A stretch of 38,356 bases of DNA from a virus (taxonomy: Duplodnaviria; Caudoviricetes). Each line of letters opens with the position of its first letter. Positions within the stretch are counted from its first letter, which is position 1. Positions 1 through 8,994 of the stretch are shown here, piece by piece. Made by a program: the position numbers and the translations under genes. Location of the stretch: the IMG/VR virus record IMGVR_UViG_3300033109_000110, positions 1 to 38,356 of that record, one strand, 5' to 3'. The notes beneath the pieces are model-generated. The model did not search any database. It was not told the DNA's origin and worked only from the letters and a program-made list of their open reading frames with translations.

Positions 1-1098
1 ATGGGCACAATTGTCTCACGCAAGCGTAAAGACGGAACCGTCGGTCACACCGCCCAGATCCGGCTGAAGGACGGCGGGAAGGTCATTTTCACCGAGTCGC
101 AGACGTTTGACCGCAAGCCGGCCGCTCAGGCCTGGCTAAAGAAGCGGGAGACCGAACTGGCCGAGCCGGGCGCGCTGGTCAAGCCCACGGACCCCACTCT
201 GGCCGACGTGATCGACAAGTACAACGGTGACAAGCTGCGCCCCCATGGGAAGACCAAGGACCAGGTGCTGCGCACGATCAAGAACTCCTACTTGGGCGAG
301 CTGCGCTGCTCCGAGATCAAGAGCCACACCCTAGTGGAATACATCAAGACCCTGAAGTCGCAGCCACAGACGCGCGGAAATTACCTCTCGCACCTGGCAT
401 CGGTTTTCAGCGTGGCCAGGCCCGCCTGGGGCTATCCGCTGGACAAGGGCGCGATCGACGATGCCCGAGTCGTAGCCGACAAGCTGGGGTTAATCAGCCG
501 GTCCAAGCAGCGCACCAGGCGCCCCACGCTGGCCGAGCTGGACAAGCTGATGAACTACTACAGCGTCTATGAGCAGAAGCGCTCCAACGCCATTCCCATG
601 ACGCGGCTGATCCTGTTCAGCATCTTCTCCACCAGGCGCCAGGAGGAGACCTGCCGCATCGTGGCGGAGGATCTGAATGCCGACCAGGCCGAGGTGATAG
701 TGCGCGACATGAAGAACCCCGGCGAGAAGATCGGCAACGACGTCACTACCATGCTGACGCCAGAGGCCCTACAGCTAATCCAGCAGCGTAAGGTAACCAA
801 GGGGCGGATCTGGCCCTACAACGCCGAGTCGGTGAGCGCATCGTTCACCAGGGCCTGCGTGCTGCTGGGCATTGACGATCTGCACTTCCATGACCTGCGG
901 CACGAGGGCATCAGCCGCCTGTTCGAGATGGGATGGAACATTCCTCGCGTGGCCTGCGTGTCTGGCCATCGATCCTGGAAGAGCCTGCAGCGCTACACCC
1001 ACCTCAAGCAGGTGGGCGACAAGTTCCAGGACTGGGAATGGAAGAAGAAGCTGCTGGGCGATGGCGCCACAAACGAAAAAAAGCCCACCACCCCGTGA
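1..1098 (+). CDS. int: Tyrosine recombinase/integrase (Rci-related, resembles dusA-associated integrases)
   Basis: Catalytic motifs R (STRRQEE), HFHDLRH, SGHRSW and Y (LQRYTH); N-terminus MGTIVSRKRKDG..TAQIR typical of this clade. Confidence 0.93.
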   Translation: MGTIVSRKRKDGTVGHTAQIRLKDGGKVIFTESQTFDRKPAAQAWLKKRETELAEPGALVKPTDPTLADVIDKYNGDKLRPHGKTKDQVLRTIKNSYLGELRCSEIKSHTLVEYIKTLKSQPQTRGNYLSHLASVFSVARPAWGYPLDKGAIDDARVVADKLGLISRSKQRTRRPTLAELDKLMNYYSVYEQKRSNAIPMTRLILFSIFSTRRQEETCRIVAEDLNADQAEVIVRDMKNPGEKIGNDVTTMLTPEALQLIQQRKVTKGRIWPYNAESVSASFTRACVLLGIDDLHFHDLRHEGISRLFEMGWNIPRVACVSGHRSWKSLQRYTHLKQVGDKFQDWEWKKKLLGDGATNEKKPTTP

Positions 1099-1112
1099 GG
1101 GATGGTGGGCTT
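1076..1112 (-). terminator. Intrinsic terminator ending the late operon, overlapping the 3' end of int
   Basis: Stem AAGCCCACCA...TGGTGGGCTT (1081-1112) followed by a T-run on the minus strand. Confidence 0.8.
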
Positions 1113-1154
1113 GAATCCGGGCAACCTTTGAAAACCCCGGAGGAGACAACTGGA

Positions 1155-1691
1155 TCAATTCGGCGGTGAACGCTCGGCCGTCAGCGTGGATCTGCAGCTG
1201 GCGTAGGCGACGTTGATGGCGTCGGCCTCGAAGGTGAGCCGCTGGAGTAGTCCGCTAAGCTCTGCTGAAAGTAGCCCGCCGGCTTCGGCTCCGTCTGACG
1301 GACGACCTCCGGGATCGGCTGCAGGCGTTCCTTCGGCGCCACCACCACCGCGCCTACATCCGGCCGCGTTGGGGTCCCGCAGGCGGCCAGCAGGGCCAGC
1401 AGCAGCACGCAGGCGAGCCTGCAGATCAATGATGGTTTTCTGGTGTTGGGCATCTTGCTGCTCCTGTTTTGCTTTGAGATCCGCCAGCTCGCGTTCGCGG
1501 GCCAGCACCTTGGCCGTTTCGGCCGCAAGCAGCTGGGCGGCCTCGCCCTTCTGCTTCTCGATCGCGGCCTCGTAGGTGGCCGTGGTGACCTTGACGCCCT
1601 TGCCGTATTGGTAGTGGCCATATCCCAAGACCGCGATGCCGAGGGCAATCACGGACAGCAGGATGGCGATGATCTTGGCTTGAGTACTCAT
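1155..1691 (-). CDS. Rz: Rz-like inner-membrane spanin
   Basis: N-terminal TM helix, coiled-coil periplasmic region, two Cys, last gene of lysis cassette, contains nested lipoprotein ORF. Confidence 0.85.
   Translation of the reverse strand: MSTQAKIIAILLSVIALGIAVLGYGHYQYGKGVKVTTATYEAAIEKQKGEAAQLLAAETAKVLARERELADLKAKQEQQDAQHQKTIIDLQARLRAAAGPAGRLRDPNAAGCRRGGGGAEGTPAADPGGRPSDGAEAGGLLSAELSGLLQRLTFEADAINVAYASCRSTLTAERSPPN
1181..1453 (-). CDS. Rz1: Rz1-like outer-membrane lipoprotein spanin nested in Rz in another frame
   Basis: From ATG 1453: MPNTRKPSLICRLACVLLLALLAAC, a signal peptide with LAAC lipobox, then a Pro-rich mature region. Confidence 0.82.
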   Translation of the reverse strand: MPNTRKPSLICRLACVLLLALLAACGTPTRPDVGAVVVAPKERLQPIPEVVRQTEPKPAGYFQQSLADYSSGSPSRPTPSTSPTPAADPR

Positions 1692-1846
1692 GGCTTGTAC
1701 GCTCCGTGCTCTCGTTCTGGATAGTCCGCGCGCCGCTCATAGCGCTCGAGGAGCTCCTGCTGCTGCCGGCGCAAGGCGCGGTTGCGGCGGATCTCGATCT
1801 CACGCAGCGAACGCTTGCGCGGGGTGCTTCGCTTTGGCTTTGTCAT
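1688..1846 (-). CDS. Small basic hypothetical protein (52 aa)
   Basis: ATG 1846 preceded by GGAG; stop overlaps Rz start (ATGA); MTKPKRSTPRKRSLREIEIRRNR... Confidence 0.5.
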   Translation of the reverse strand: MTKPKRSTPRKRSLREIEIRRNRALRRQQQELLERYERRADYPEREHGAYKP

Positions 1847-2006
1847 TCGTGCTCCCTGGGTGGCGGGACCTTGTCGCTCGGTGCCGCAGTGACCTTGCGC
1901 CGATTGGGGCACTCGACATGCGAGCACTCCCAATACGTTGGGTGGGTCTCTGGAAGATCGGCACGCCGCCGGCGGTGACAGGTCTGGCACGGCGCGGCCG
2001 GCGCAC

Positions 2007-2450
2007 TCACGCCAACCCCGTCGGGTTGCTGATGTCGATCGTCACCGACTCGCCACGCTCGATCGCTGCCCGCACCAAACCCTTGACCAGCTCAACGGCC
2101 GGGCGACTGGTGCCGCCGATCAGGCTGGCCGATCCGGCCTGCAGGCCCAGCAAGAGGCAGCCCTCGGTGTCGGCTGAGGTATTGCCGGCGTGCATGCGTA
2201 TGTACTGGAAGCCAGGCACGTCATGGATGGAGAGCGTGTCGGGCCCGAAGCGGTTGCTGAACTCCAGCGACACCCGGTAGCTGCCGGCCGGTATGGCCGT
2301 CTCGCCCTTGATCTTCCAGGCCTCGACGGGCTCGCCCTCCACCTCGCGGATCTCGTCCTCCAGGGTGTGGCACTTGAAGGCGCCGTCAACGAACAGCTTG
2401 CCGATGGTCGCGCCGCCCTGGCTGGGCGAGCGCATTACAGAGATCTTCAT
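2007..2450 (-). CDS. DUF5675-family putative endolysin (His/Cys peptidase-like)
   Basis: TIGKL..CHTLED, ETAIPAGSY and IRMHAGNTSADTEGCLLLG motifs; lies between holin-like genes and spanins. Confidence 0.8.
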   Translation of the reverse strand: MKISVMRSPSQGGATIGKLFVDGAFKCHTLEDEIREVEGEPVEAWKIKGETAIPAGSYRVSLEFSNRFGPDTLSIHDVPGFQYIRMHAGNTSADTEGCLLLGLQAGSASLIGGTSRPAVELVKGLVRAAIERGESVTIDISNPTGLA

Positions 2451-2453
2451 GAC

Positions 2454-2777
2454 CTAGCCCTCCTTGACGCGGGTTCTGACAATCAGCACGGCAAAGCCCA
2501 GCAACACGGCCGTCTCGGCCATCGTTGGGCGTTCCAGACGCAGCAGCAGGCCCGTCTGGCCATGCTCCAGACCCATGGCCAGCAGCAGCGGCGTGGCCAC
2601 CGCGCCGCCGGCGCCCAGGGCCAGCAATGCCCAGGCGATGGCCTTGAGGCCGTCCACCAGGCGCTGGCGGGCCGTGAGGCCTGGAGCGGCTGGACAAGTG
2701 CGCTCGAGCTTGTTGAGCGCCTCGGCCAGCACCACCAAGCCGGCCATCCAGTGCAGGATCTGCAGAGTCGTGTTCAT
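2454..2777 (-). CDS. Holin-like membrane protein
   Basis: 107 aa, about three hydrophobic segments, basic C-terminus, directly upstream of the lysin. Confidence 0.6.
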   Translation of the reverse strand: MNTTLQILHWMAGLVVLAEALNKLERTCPAAPGLTARQRLVDGLKAIAWALLALGAGGAVATPLLLAMGLEHGQTGLLLRLERPTMAETAVLLGFAVLIVRTRVKEG

Positions 2778-3157
2778 GTGGAGGCGCCTCCGCTCAGACG
2801 ACGAATCAAGAACGCCAGCACCTGCTGCGCGCCACCGCCGACGGCGAAGGCGCCGCTGAGCAGCAGGCTGTCGGGCAGGCTGGCCAGCAGCAGGGCCAGC
2901 GGCACGGTGTAGCCCGCCGTGAGCGAGCTGGCCAGCACCACGGCCATGCGCCGCAAGGTGGTGCGCAGCATCTCCTGCCAGGTGTCGCCGGAGGGCGGCA
3001 CGGTGTTGAGCAGGATGATGGCCACCAGGCTGCCGGCAAAGCCGGCGATCAGCAGATCCGGGCGCAAGCCCAGCGGCACGCCGAAGGCTGTGAGCACGGG
3101 CATGGCAACAGACGCCGCCGCGAACGTGGCCGCGGTGGTGGACGTGGGTTCAGGCAT
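2774..3157 (-). CDS. Holin/antiholin-like membrane protein
   Basis: 127 aa, several hydrophobic segments, MPEPTST start common in phage holins, ATGA-coupled to next gene, GGAG RBS. Confidence 0.6.
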   Translation of the reverse strand: MPEPTSTTAATFAAASVAMPVLTAFGVPLGLRPDLLIAGFAGSLVAIILLNTVPPSGDTWQEMLRTTLRRMAVVLASSLTAGYTVPLALLLASLPDSLLLSGAFAVGGGAQQVLAFLIRRLSGGAST

Positions 3158-3185
3158 TTTTCTGTCTCCCCTAAAGCCTGGAAAT

Positions 3186-3216
3186 AAAAAGGCCGCATGG
3201 CGTAACCCATGCGGCC
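3186..3216 (-). terminator. Intrinsic terminator between tail and lysis modules
   Basis: GGCCGCATGG-6 nt-CCATGCGGCC stem followed by TTTTT on the minus strand. Confidence 0.8.
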
Positions 3217-3235
3217 CGGTCTGAGGCAGTCGCGC

Positions 3236-3580
3236 TCAGGCGCTGCAGTGCTTCTCGTGCGGATCGAAGTAGTCCAGCAGCCTGGCGCAGATCCACGCCG
3301 CGTGCACGCGCCTCCACCCGCTGCTGGTGGCGATGTAGCGCGTCAGGCGGTCGGTCACCAGCTCCAGCGGTCGCCTGGGCCACTCACGGAACCACAGGGC
3401 CGCCAGCGTCCAGTTGGCCAGCAGATCCACCAGGTAGCCGACCACCAGCGCCGGAGACGCCAGGATCATGGCCACCAGGGTGAGCCGTCTGGCCAGCCAG
3501 GCGCGATAGAAGCCCATGATCAGCACGTAGAGATACCAAAAAACCCAGAGATAGAACGCTGCCCACCCCAGCGCGGTCAT
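3236..3580 (-). CDS. Hypothetical phage membrane protein downstream of tail fibre chaperone
   Basis: TGATG overlap with upstream stop; two hydrophobic segments; C-terminal WIC..LLD.FDP..HC motif. Confidence 0.7.
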   Translation of the reverse strand: MTALGWAAFYLWVFWYLYVLIMGFYRAWLARRLTLVAMILASPALVVGYLVDLLANWTLAALWFREWPRRPLELVTDRLTRYIATSSGWRRVHAAWICARLLDYFDPHEKHCSA

Positions 3581-4125
3581 CACCCCACGCATACCGGCCA
3601 TCCTGTAGTCACGTCGATGGCGGCCAGCGCCACGGGATCGTCCCCGGCGGCTGTGATCATGTCCTCGATGTGCTGGCGTACGCCCGTCAGTGCCCCGCTG
3701 ATGGCCCGGTAGGCGTTATCCTTGGCCACGATGCGCGAGGCCAGATCGCTACGGGCAATCCCGCGAGCCGCGGCAACGGCATCGATCCACGGCGTCTCGG
3801 CCATCGCATCGGCCAGCAGCGCACGAGCCTCCGAAATCTGAATGGGCCAGCTAGCGCGCTCGCTGGGCGGGTATTTCTCTGCGATCACGCGCATGCGGTT
3901 CTCGTACTGCGCCGCCAGCATGTCGATCAGCCGATCCTGCGTCATCGACGCATCGGCCAGAACGGGGAATCCATCCAGGTCCGGCACGATGAGCCGCCCA
4001 ACACTATTCCCGTCGAGAAGCATTTGGTGCTGCTCCTCGGTGATCTCCACGGCGTCGCCGGGAATGGCGTCCCCGTGAATCTCATCGCTGTAGAAGCCGC
4101 CTGTCGTTTTAGAGTAAAAGATCAT
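3580..4125 (-). CDS. Tail fibre assembly chaperone
   Basis: MIFYSKTTGGFY..IHG..IP.DAVEIT motif typical of fibre chaperones; follows the fibre gene. Confidence 0.82.
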   Translation of the reverse strand: MIFYSKTTGGFYSDEIHGDAIPGDAVEITEEQHQMLLDGNSVGRLIVPDLDGFPVLADASMTQDRLIDMLAAQYENRMRVIAEKYPPSERASWPIQISEARALLADAMAETPWIDAVAAARGIARSDLASRIVAKDNAYRAISGALTGVRQHIEDMITAAGDDPVALAAIDVTTGWPVCVG

Positions 4126-4127
4126 TT

Positions 4128-5087
4128 CTATTTCCCCAGTGCAAACCAATAGATATCGCAGGCCACCCGCATGTTGGAACTATCGACTGCAGCGATCGAA
4201 AACCCTGTCGTGGTGGGATGGCCAGCGAGCTGAACCGTCCGTTGCGATGTGTAGCTGCCGACCAGGATCGCCGACATGCTTCGCACGTTGTTGGGGAACG
4301 CGATCGGGAAATTGACCGGTAGGTCTGCACCCGCAACCGTCGTCACGGTGCCAAACTGAAAGATAAGCCCTCCGGGGAGCTTCTGACGCCCATTGGCGCT
4401 CAGATCCTGGTTGGCGCCCTGGAAAGCAGCGGCCAGGGTTGCTGGGGAAAGAACCTTGTTTGCGACAGCGAATGCTTGAGCTTCAGCGTCAGATGCGAAG
4501 TTGCTTTCACCCTTGCGCGTGAATGCCAGCGGCGTCGTCCCAATGGTGATGGCGCCATCCGTCGCCAGCATCCACTGGCTGTCGGCGTTGGCTGTACCTT
4601 CCTCAACCGCCACGATCGCGCCGCTGGTCAGCTCGCCTACGCCGTCGGCGTCGGTCGCGCGGGTAGCTGCAACAGCAGCGCCGTTCCAGATGTAGATGCC
4701 GCGCAAGCTGGCCGTGGCGTTGTCCTTGTCCAGGAAACGATTTCCAACGGCCATCGCCACGTCGTCAATGGTCGCGCCCGGAGCGGCCAGGTTGATCGGT
4801 GCCGTGGTAGCGGCCCGGACGCTGGCTTTGTAGTCGTTGGCTGCGTTACCGGCGATCATGGCCTGCACAGCTTGGCTGACCAAGCTGAGGTTGGTATGGT
4901 CCGGCGTGAGGCCCGCATCCACGACGAGCTTGCGCAGGCTCTCCGTGATCATGTGGTACCAATACGGCCCGGGCTTGGTAGCCGGCGTTGCCGTGGCCGG
5001 ATTGCCGGCCGTGGCGTAGCCGTTGGACGGGCTGGCCGGCGCCGCGGGAGCGGCTACCGCAGCACCGGATTCAAAGACGCGATCCAT
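4128..5087 (-). CDS. Tail fibre protein (short, gp53-like C-terminal domain)
   Basis: N-terminal PATKPGPYWYHMITESL baseplate anchor; KASVRAATT..RATDAD module; C-terminal GRQKLPGGLIFQFG..FPIAFPN. Confidence 0.85.
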   Translation of the reverse strand: MDRVFESGAAVAAPAAPASPSNGYATAGNPATATPATKPGPYWYHMITESLRKLVVDAGLTPDHTNLSLVSQAVQAMIAGNAANDYKASVRAATTAPINLAAPGATIDDVAMAVGNRFLDKDNATASLRGIYIWNGAAVAATRATDADGVGELTSGAIVAVEEGTANADSQWMLATDGAITIGTTPLAFTRKGESNFASDAEAQAFAVANKVLSPATLAAAFQGANQDLSANGRQKLPGGLIFQFGTVTTVAGADLPVNFPIAFPNNVRSMSAILVGSYTSQRTVQLAGHPTTTGFSIAAVDSSNMRVACDIYWFALGK

Positions 5088-5102
5088 GGGGTGTGCTCCT
5101 TT

Positions 5103-5687
5103 TTAGGTGTAGCTGAACAAAACAGTGGTTTGGGCCGGAGCCACGCGCTTGATGACGCACTCCAACAGGGCGTTGCCCCAGGCGGCCAGCGGGTCATCTG
5201 CCGAGCCGTTGACGGTGAGGCTATTCACCGTGTTGAGCGCAGCGTTCACTTGCCAGGCGAAGTTCCACGCCGCGCCGTAGAGCGGGTGGTTCACGTCATC
5301 AGCCACGGTGTGCTGGTGAAACTCCGTGACGGTGATGGCATAACCCAGGGCGGCTGCCAAGCCGACGTAATAGGCCGCCGACTGGCCGCCCAGCGTGGTG
5401 AGGCGCCCGATCAGTGCCGCTCGCCGCTGGGCCGTAGTCTGGTTGCCCCCGGCAGCAAGCGCGCAGGCATCCGGCAGGCCTGCCACGCGCTCCCAGTCGC
5501 CGAACAGCTCGGCCGTAGTGCGCGGGTCTGCCTCCTCCAGCAGCTGCGTGGCGCGGCCGTCCACGCGGGCCAGTTCGATCGCCAGGCCGTGCAGCAACTG
5601 TGTGAGGGTAGCGTCGTCGTCTCGCGGCCAAGCCGGGCCCGATGGCAGCAGCGCCTGCAACTGGCGCAGGTAGTCCACATCGGTCAT
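5103..5687 (-). CDS. Baseplate wedge protein, Mu gp48/YmfQ (DUF2313) family
   Basis: LQALLPSGPAW, DWERVAGLPD and LECVIKRVAPAQT motifs; follows gp47; ATGA overlap. Confidence 0.88.
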   Translation of the reverse strand: MTDVDYLRQLQALLPSGPAWPRDDDATLTQLLHGLAIELARVDGRATQLLEEADPRTTAELFGDWERVAGLPDACALAAGGNQTTAQRRAALIGRLTTLGGQSAAYYVGLAAALGYAITVTEFHQHTVADDVNHPLYGAAWNFAWQVNAALNTVNSLTVNGSADDPLAAWGNALLECVIKRVAPAQTTVLFSYT

Positions 5688-6748
5688 GCCCACGTGATGC
5701 TCCCCATCGTGCTCATGTTGCCGGTCGTGTTGGTGACGTTGGCCGCCGGCGAGACCAGGGTGTAGTCGGTCTCACCCGTTGCCTGCGAGATTGCCGCGCG
5801 GATATGGCTGAGCAGGATGTTGCCGCCGGGCGTTGCCTCCCGCAGCAGCAGGTCCTGCAGCTCGGCCTGCACCGCCGCCTGCACGGCGCTGGTGCTGGGA
5901 GTGAGGCCGGTGATCTGGAAATTGAGCGGCACGGCTACCGGCGCCACCACCGTGAGCTGGGCCGTCACCGGCCGCAGCGCATCGATGTAGGCCTGCACCG
6001 CGGCCACCTCGCCCGCGTCGGGGATGATGGCCGCGCCGGTGCCGTCGTTGTCGCGCACGAAGCGCAAGGTAACCGTACCAGCGCCCAGCTCGCCCGGGTA
6101 CACCCAGGCCCGCGTCACGCCGGCCACCTGGAGCGCCCAGGTGACGTAGTCGCTGGCAGATCCGCCCTGGGGCGGCTGCTGGATGCGGGCCAGCAGGCGG
6201 GCGCGCAGCGCATCGTCGGTCTCAACGTCTGCACCGCCCGTGAGGCCGCCCGCGGCCACGGTGGCCGCAGCGTTGACTCCGGCCAGGGGAGATACCAGAT
6301 TGAGGTTCGTGCCGGCCGTACTGGTGCCGGCCAGGCCGGCGGTGACGGCCACGGCCGCCACGGTGGCCGTGCCGCCAGCCAGGGTGCCGACCGCCGTGGT
6401 CTGGTACTGCTGGCCGTCCGCACGCTGCGTCAACGTGCCGACAGGCACAGTGGCGCCCGTCGTGCCGGTGAAGGTGACATTGCCGGTAGCCGGCGCGGCT
6501 GCCTTGCGCGTGACGCCCCAGATGCTGCACCAGCGATCCAGGTGTTCCGCATCGGCCGTGTCGGGCAGGATCTGCTGCGACAGCCAGTCAATGAAGCCAT
6601 ACAGGCCGTGCACCGCGCCGCCCTCGGCATAGGCCAGGACGTTCAGGTTCGAGTACGGCAGCCGGGCATCGGCACCGGGCAGCCGGGCGTTGATGTCGGC
6701 AATGATCCGGTCGATCAGCGTCTGCAGGGTTGGTCGAGCGAATGACAC
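5684..6748 (-). CDS. Baseplate J-like protein (Mu gp47)
   Basis: FARPTL, ILPDTAD, GGADVETDDALRARL and GSASDYVTWA motifs. Confidence 0.92.
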   Translation of the reverse strand: MSFARPTLQTLIDRIIADINARLPGADARLPYSNLNVLAYAEGGAVHGLYGFIDWLSQQILPDTADAEHLDRWCSIWGVTRKAAAPATGNVTFTGTTGATVPVGTLTQRADGQQYQTTAVGTLAGGTATVAAVAVTAGLAGTSTAGTNLNLVSPLAGVNAAATVAAGGLTGGADVETDDALRARLLARIQQPPQGGSASDYVTWALQVAGVTRAWVYPGELGAGTVTLRFVRDNDGTGAAIIPDAGEVAAVQAYIDALRPVTAQLTVVAPVAVPLNFQITGLTPSTSAVQAAVQAELQDLLLREATPGGNILLSHIRAAISQATGETDYTLVSPAANVTNTTGNMSTMGSITWA

Positions 6749-6749
6749 G

Positions 6750-7199
6750 TCAGCTCCTCAGTTGTTGCCAGGCCAGCTCGTAGCGGTATCGCGCGGGCTG
6801 GGCCTGGTTGCGTTCGATTTGGATGGACAGGCCCAGAACGCCCGTCCGCACAATTTCCGCCAGCACGGTGACGCGCTTGGCAATGCCCTGGTCCACCAGC
6901 CAGGCCAGCGCCTCCTCGGTGTACTCGCGAGCACGGTTGACGGTCTCGCGCGTCTGTTTCTCTCGGGACAGCAGCCACAGGCGGGAGCCGATGCGCCCGC
7001 TCGAGCTAAGAGCATCGCCCCACCAGCCGCGGCGTGAGGCGGTCTGGTCTGGCAGCGGGTCATCAGGCTCGGCCCGGCGATCGGTGAAGAGGCTGATGAG
7101 GACCGCTGTCTGCAGATCGGCATCGGCCTGGAGGGCGCCGGCATAGACGGTCAGGTCGCCGCGAAAATTCACGGCGTCGAACTTGGTGGCAATGTCCAT
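6750..7199 (-). CDS. Baseplate protein Mu gp46 family
   Basis: LQTAVLISLFTDRRA, RGWWGD and IGSRLWLLSREK motifs. Confidence 0.92.
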   Translation of the reverse strand: MDIATKFDAVNFRGDLTVYAGALQADADLQTAVLISLFTDRRAEPDDPLPDQTASRRGWWGDALSSSGRIGSRLWLLSREKQTRETVNRAREYTEEALAWLVDQGIAKRVTVLAEIVRTGVLGLSIQIERNQAQPARYRYELAWQQLRS

Positions 7200-7203
7200 G
7201 GCG

Positions 7204-7827
7204 TCACATCGATGGGGTTGCTGATCCGACCGAGCCGCCTTGCGGATCGGTATGGCTGTGGCCGTTGTAGGCCGTGCGCATGGCGGCCATGGTCTTGCCG
7301 CCGCTGTCGCAGTTGTCCTTGATGTCGCCCGTCACTTCCAAGGTCGGCGTCACAAAACGCGCCTTTGTCGAAGCGCTAACTGTCACCACAGGACTCGTGA
7401 TCTGCGCCTGCGTACTGGCATTGACGTTCGCGACCGGCGCTGTGATGTCCACCTCTGCCCCGGCCGTGATGCGCACGATCTTTCCCCGGTTGAAGATGAT
7501 GCTGTCGCCTTCATCGGTGTAGAGGCACACCTCGCCCGGCTGCAGGCCTGTCTTGCGATAGCGCCGATCCTCCGTGGCAATCACTAGGCCGTGGTCACGG
7601 TTGCCACCCACGAAGACAAGCACCGCCTCGGCACCAGGCAGCGGCACGGAGGTGAAGCCGTACTGCTGGATGCGCTCGGCATCGTCCTGCACCTCGTCAG
7701 CCATCAGCTGGGCCTGCACCGTCTGGACAGCGCCGCCATCGTTGATGGCGCTCAGAATCGCCCGGCCCACCATCAACTGCACCTTGGCGCGCATGCTTTC
7801 AGTGAGCTTGTGGAGTGCGTCGATCAT
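7204..7827 (-). CDS. Baseplate spike protein (Mu gp45/gpV)
   Basis: QQYGFTSVPLPGAE, GEVCLY and C-terminal HSH metal-binding tip. Confidence 0.92.
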   Translation of the reverse strand: MIDALHKLTESMRAKVQLMVGRAILSAINDGGAVQTVQAQLMADEVQDDAERIQQYGFTSVPLPGAEAVLVFVGGNRDHGLVIATEDRRYRKTGLQPGEVCLYTDEGDSIIFNRGKIVRITAGAEVDITAPVANVNASTQAQITSPVVTVSASTKARFVTPTLEVTGDIKDNCDSGGKTMAAMRTAYNGHSHTDPQGGSVGSATPSM

Positions 7828-8993
7828 TTCTCTACCACCTTGAACTTGCCGGCCGCGGCACCGGCCGCCGGGTCCGGGATCTCCGGCAACATGTCGAAGG
7901 CCTTTTCACCGACCAGCGTGAGCTCGGTCAGGCTGCCGCCCTCATCGAGCCGGAACGACACGCCGGCGATCAACCACCACTCGTCCACCCTCATCCAGGG
8001 ACACACCACGCGCACGCGCTGGTTGATGCCCCACAGCTCGCCGCTGTTCTGCCGCCAGCCCTGCACGGTGAGCGTGATCTTGCGGGCCTTGGCCTCGCGG
8101 TTGGAGGCTTCCCACTCGGCGCGCTGCTGGCAGCGTTTCGCGTCGGCCTGGGTTTCCGCCACCAGCACCAGGGGCCGGTAGCGGGCGATCTGGCTGTTGC
8201 CGGTCTTGGCCCCGCCGGATCTGCTCACCGAGCCCTTCGGGCTGGCATGCGTGACGTCGAACTTGCCGGCGCCCGCTGCCGCAGCCTGACCCTTGACGGT
8301 GATCTCGCTGTAGAGGTTGGCGTGGCTGTGCTCAAACTGGGCGCGCAGGATGTTCTCGCCGAACTTCAGAACGGTGCTGCTGCTGCCGGCCATGCCGGCG
8401 CGGGTGATAAGCAGACCGCCCTCGCCGTCGGACACGAGCAGCACGCCTTCGCTGCGGGCCAACTTCTCCAGCGTCTTAAAAACGCTCTCGCCGTTCTGCG
8501 TGGCGCACTTGGGCAGCGTGCTGCCAACGCGGGCGCTCTTGACCGGCGTGCCCTTCTTGCCCGCCTTTTTCTGCTTGGTGGTGAGCTTGCGGCCCGCCAC
8601 CGTTTCGTCGTACAGCGTGATGCCGTAAGGCGCGGTCAGCTTCTCGGCGATCTGCACGAAGGTCAGGCCGCTGAAGGCAGTGCTGGGCGCCGAGCAGTCC
8701 ACCAGGTCGCCAGTGCGGTCACGGCCGGTGACGCGGATCTCGTGGCTGTTGGCGTCGTAGTTCACGGCGACGGCATCCACGTACCCGGAGATCACCGTCT
8801 CGTCACCGATCAGGATCTCGCACAGCTCGCCGGGTGGGATGCTCCACTCGGTGGGCTGACTGGGCCAGCGCTCGGTGATGGACAGATCGTACGTGCCGGC
8901 GATCTGCTCCAGCCCGAGGCGGATGTTGACCGATTTCCAGCCGGCATAGAGCTGCCCGCCGACCTTCAGCGTCAGCAGGTTGAGGTTGTCCAT
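7824..8993 (-). CDS. Baseplate hub protein (Mu gp44/gpP)
   Basis: YAGWKSVNI, GRDRTGDLVDCS and TVQGWRQ..GELW motifs. Confidence 0.92.
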   Translation of the reverse strand: MDNLNLLTLKVGGQLYAGWKSVNIRLGLEQIAGTYDLSITERWPSQPTEWSIPPGELCEILIGDETVISGYVDAVAVNYDANSHEIRVTGRDRTGDLVDCSAPSTAFSGLTFVQIAEKLTAPYGITLYDETVAGRKLTTKQKKAGKKGTPVKSARVGSTLPKCATQNGESVFKTLEKLARSEGVLLVSDGEGGLLITRAGMAGSSSTVLKFGENILRAQFEHSHANLYSEITVKGQAAAAGAGKFDVTHASPKGSVSRSGGAKTGNSQIARYRPLVLVAETQADAKRCQQRAEWEASNREAKARKITLTVQGWRQNSGELWGINQRVRVVCPWMRVDEWWLIAGVSFRLDEGGSLTELTLVGEKAFDMLPEIPDPAAGAAAGKFKVVEK

Positions 8994-8994
8994 G

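Noticed and set aside
1-5087. Shufflon or invertible tail-fibre system driven by the Rci-like recombinase
   Set aside because: No inverted alternative fibre tips or repeated crossover sites seen; the recombinase is better explained as the integrase
4128-5087. Diversity-generating retroelement targeting the fibre
   Set aside because: No reverse transcriptase ORF and no TR/VR repeat pair noticed
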